DNA of 64,000 bases from Pristiophorus japonicus (taxonomy: Eukaryota). Made by a program: the position numbers and the translations under genes. The notes under the pieces are model-generated. The model saw nothing but the letters and a program-made list of their open reading frames with translations. It made no database searches and had not been told where the DNA came from. This document shows positions 62,743-64,000 of the stretch, piece after piece. Where the stretch lies: contig NC_091997.1 of assembly GCF_044704955.1 (NCBI RefSeq), forward strand, positions 21,142,001-21,206,000. Reading direction: 5' to 3'. Each line of letters begins with the position of its first letter. Position 1 is the first letter of the stretch.

Positions 62743-64000
62743 CATAGAAAATAGGTGCAAGAATAGGCCATTTGGCCCTTCAAGCCTGCACCACCATTCA
62801 ATATAATCATGGCTGATCATGCAACTTCAGTACCCCATTCCTGCTTTCTCTCCATACCCCTTGATCCCTTTAGCTGCAAGGGCCACATCTAACTCCCTTT
62901 TGAATATATCTAACGAACTGGCCTCAACAACTTTCCGTGGTAGAGAATTCCACAGATTCACAATTCTCTTGAGTGAAGAAGTTTCTCCTCATCTCGGTCC
63001 TAAATGGCTTACCCCTTATCCTTAGACTGTGACCCCTGGTTCTGGACTTCCCCAACATCAGGAACATTCTTCCTGCATCTAACCTGTCCAATCCCGTCAG
63101 AATTTTATGTTTCTATGAGAGCCCCTCTCATTCTTCTAAATTCCAGTGAATATAAGCCTAGTCGATCCAGTCTTTCTTCATATGTCAGTCCTGCCATCCC
63201 GGGAATCAGTCTGGTGAACCTTTGCTGCACTCCCTCAAAAGCAAGAACATCCTTCCTCAGATTAGGAGACCAAACTGCACACAATACTCAAGGTGTGGTC
63301 TCACCAAGACCCTGTACAACTGTAGTAAGACCTCCCTGCTCCTATACTCAAATCCCATCACAATGAAGGCCAGCATGCCATTTGCTTTCTTTATTGCCTG
63401 CTGTACCCGCATGCCTACCTTCAATGACTGATGTACCATGAAACCCAGGTCTCGTTGCACCTCCCCTTTTCCTAATCTGTCACTATTCAGATAATAATCT
63501 GTCTTCCTGTTTTTGCCACCAAAGTGGATAACCTCACATTTATCCACATTATATTGCAACTGCCATACATTTGCCGATTCACTTAACCTGTCCAAGTCCC
63601 CCTGCAGCCTCCTAGCATCCTCCTCACAGCTCGCACTGTCACCCAGCTTAGTGTCATCTGCAAACTTGGAGATATTACATTCAATTCCTTTGTCTAAATC
63701 ATTAATGTATATTGTAAATAGCTGGGGACCCAGCACTGAACCCTGCGGCACCCCACGAGTCACTGCCTGTCATTCTAAAAAGGACCCGTTTATTTCTACT
63801 CTTTGCTTCCTGTCTGCCAACTAGTTCTCTATCCACGTCAATACATTAGCCCCAATACCATGTGCCTTAATTTTGCTCACTAATCTCCTGTGTGGGACCT
63901 TGTCAAAAGCCTTTTCAAAGTCTAAATACACCACATCCACTGGTTCTCCCTTATCCACTCTACTAGTTACATCCTCAAAAAATTCGAGAAGATTTGTCAA
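62743..64000 (-). mobile_element. CR1 subfamily A, continues past the window edge
   Basis: RT ORF 63257-63763; tail at 62743. Confidence 0.93.

Overview
Repeat-saturated eukaryotic DNA, by inference from a cartilaginous fish (shark-like CR1, RTE, L2, DeuSINE-type and Penelope families). I could not support any host protein-coding exon, and there is one assembly gap. The window holds more than 20 CR1 LINE copies from at least three subfamilies, many nested inside older elements. Those older elements are a Gypsy provirus (CTATG TSD, tRNA-Ser PBS), a two-gene Harbinger with a decayed transposase but an intact spliced Myb/SANT gene, a Penelope-like end with a hammerhead ribozyme, RTE fragments, SINEs and MITEs. 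The top observation is at 1191-3080. Two Tx1-clade retrotransposon 3' modules sit in tandem inside the RT gene of one CR1, separated and flanked by three copies of the 14-bp CR1 sequence TTCATGCACAAGGA. They share an identical 5' junction and have structured, non-poly(A) 3' ends, making this a candidate LINE-targeting, sequence-specific hyperparasite. The host CR1 itself looks like an ORF1/ORF2 chimera of two subfamilies. All family assignments come from motif recognition, not database searches.
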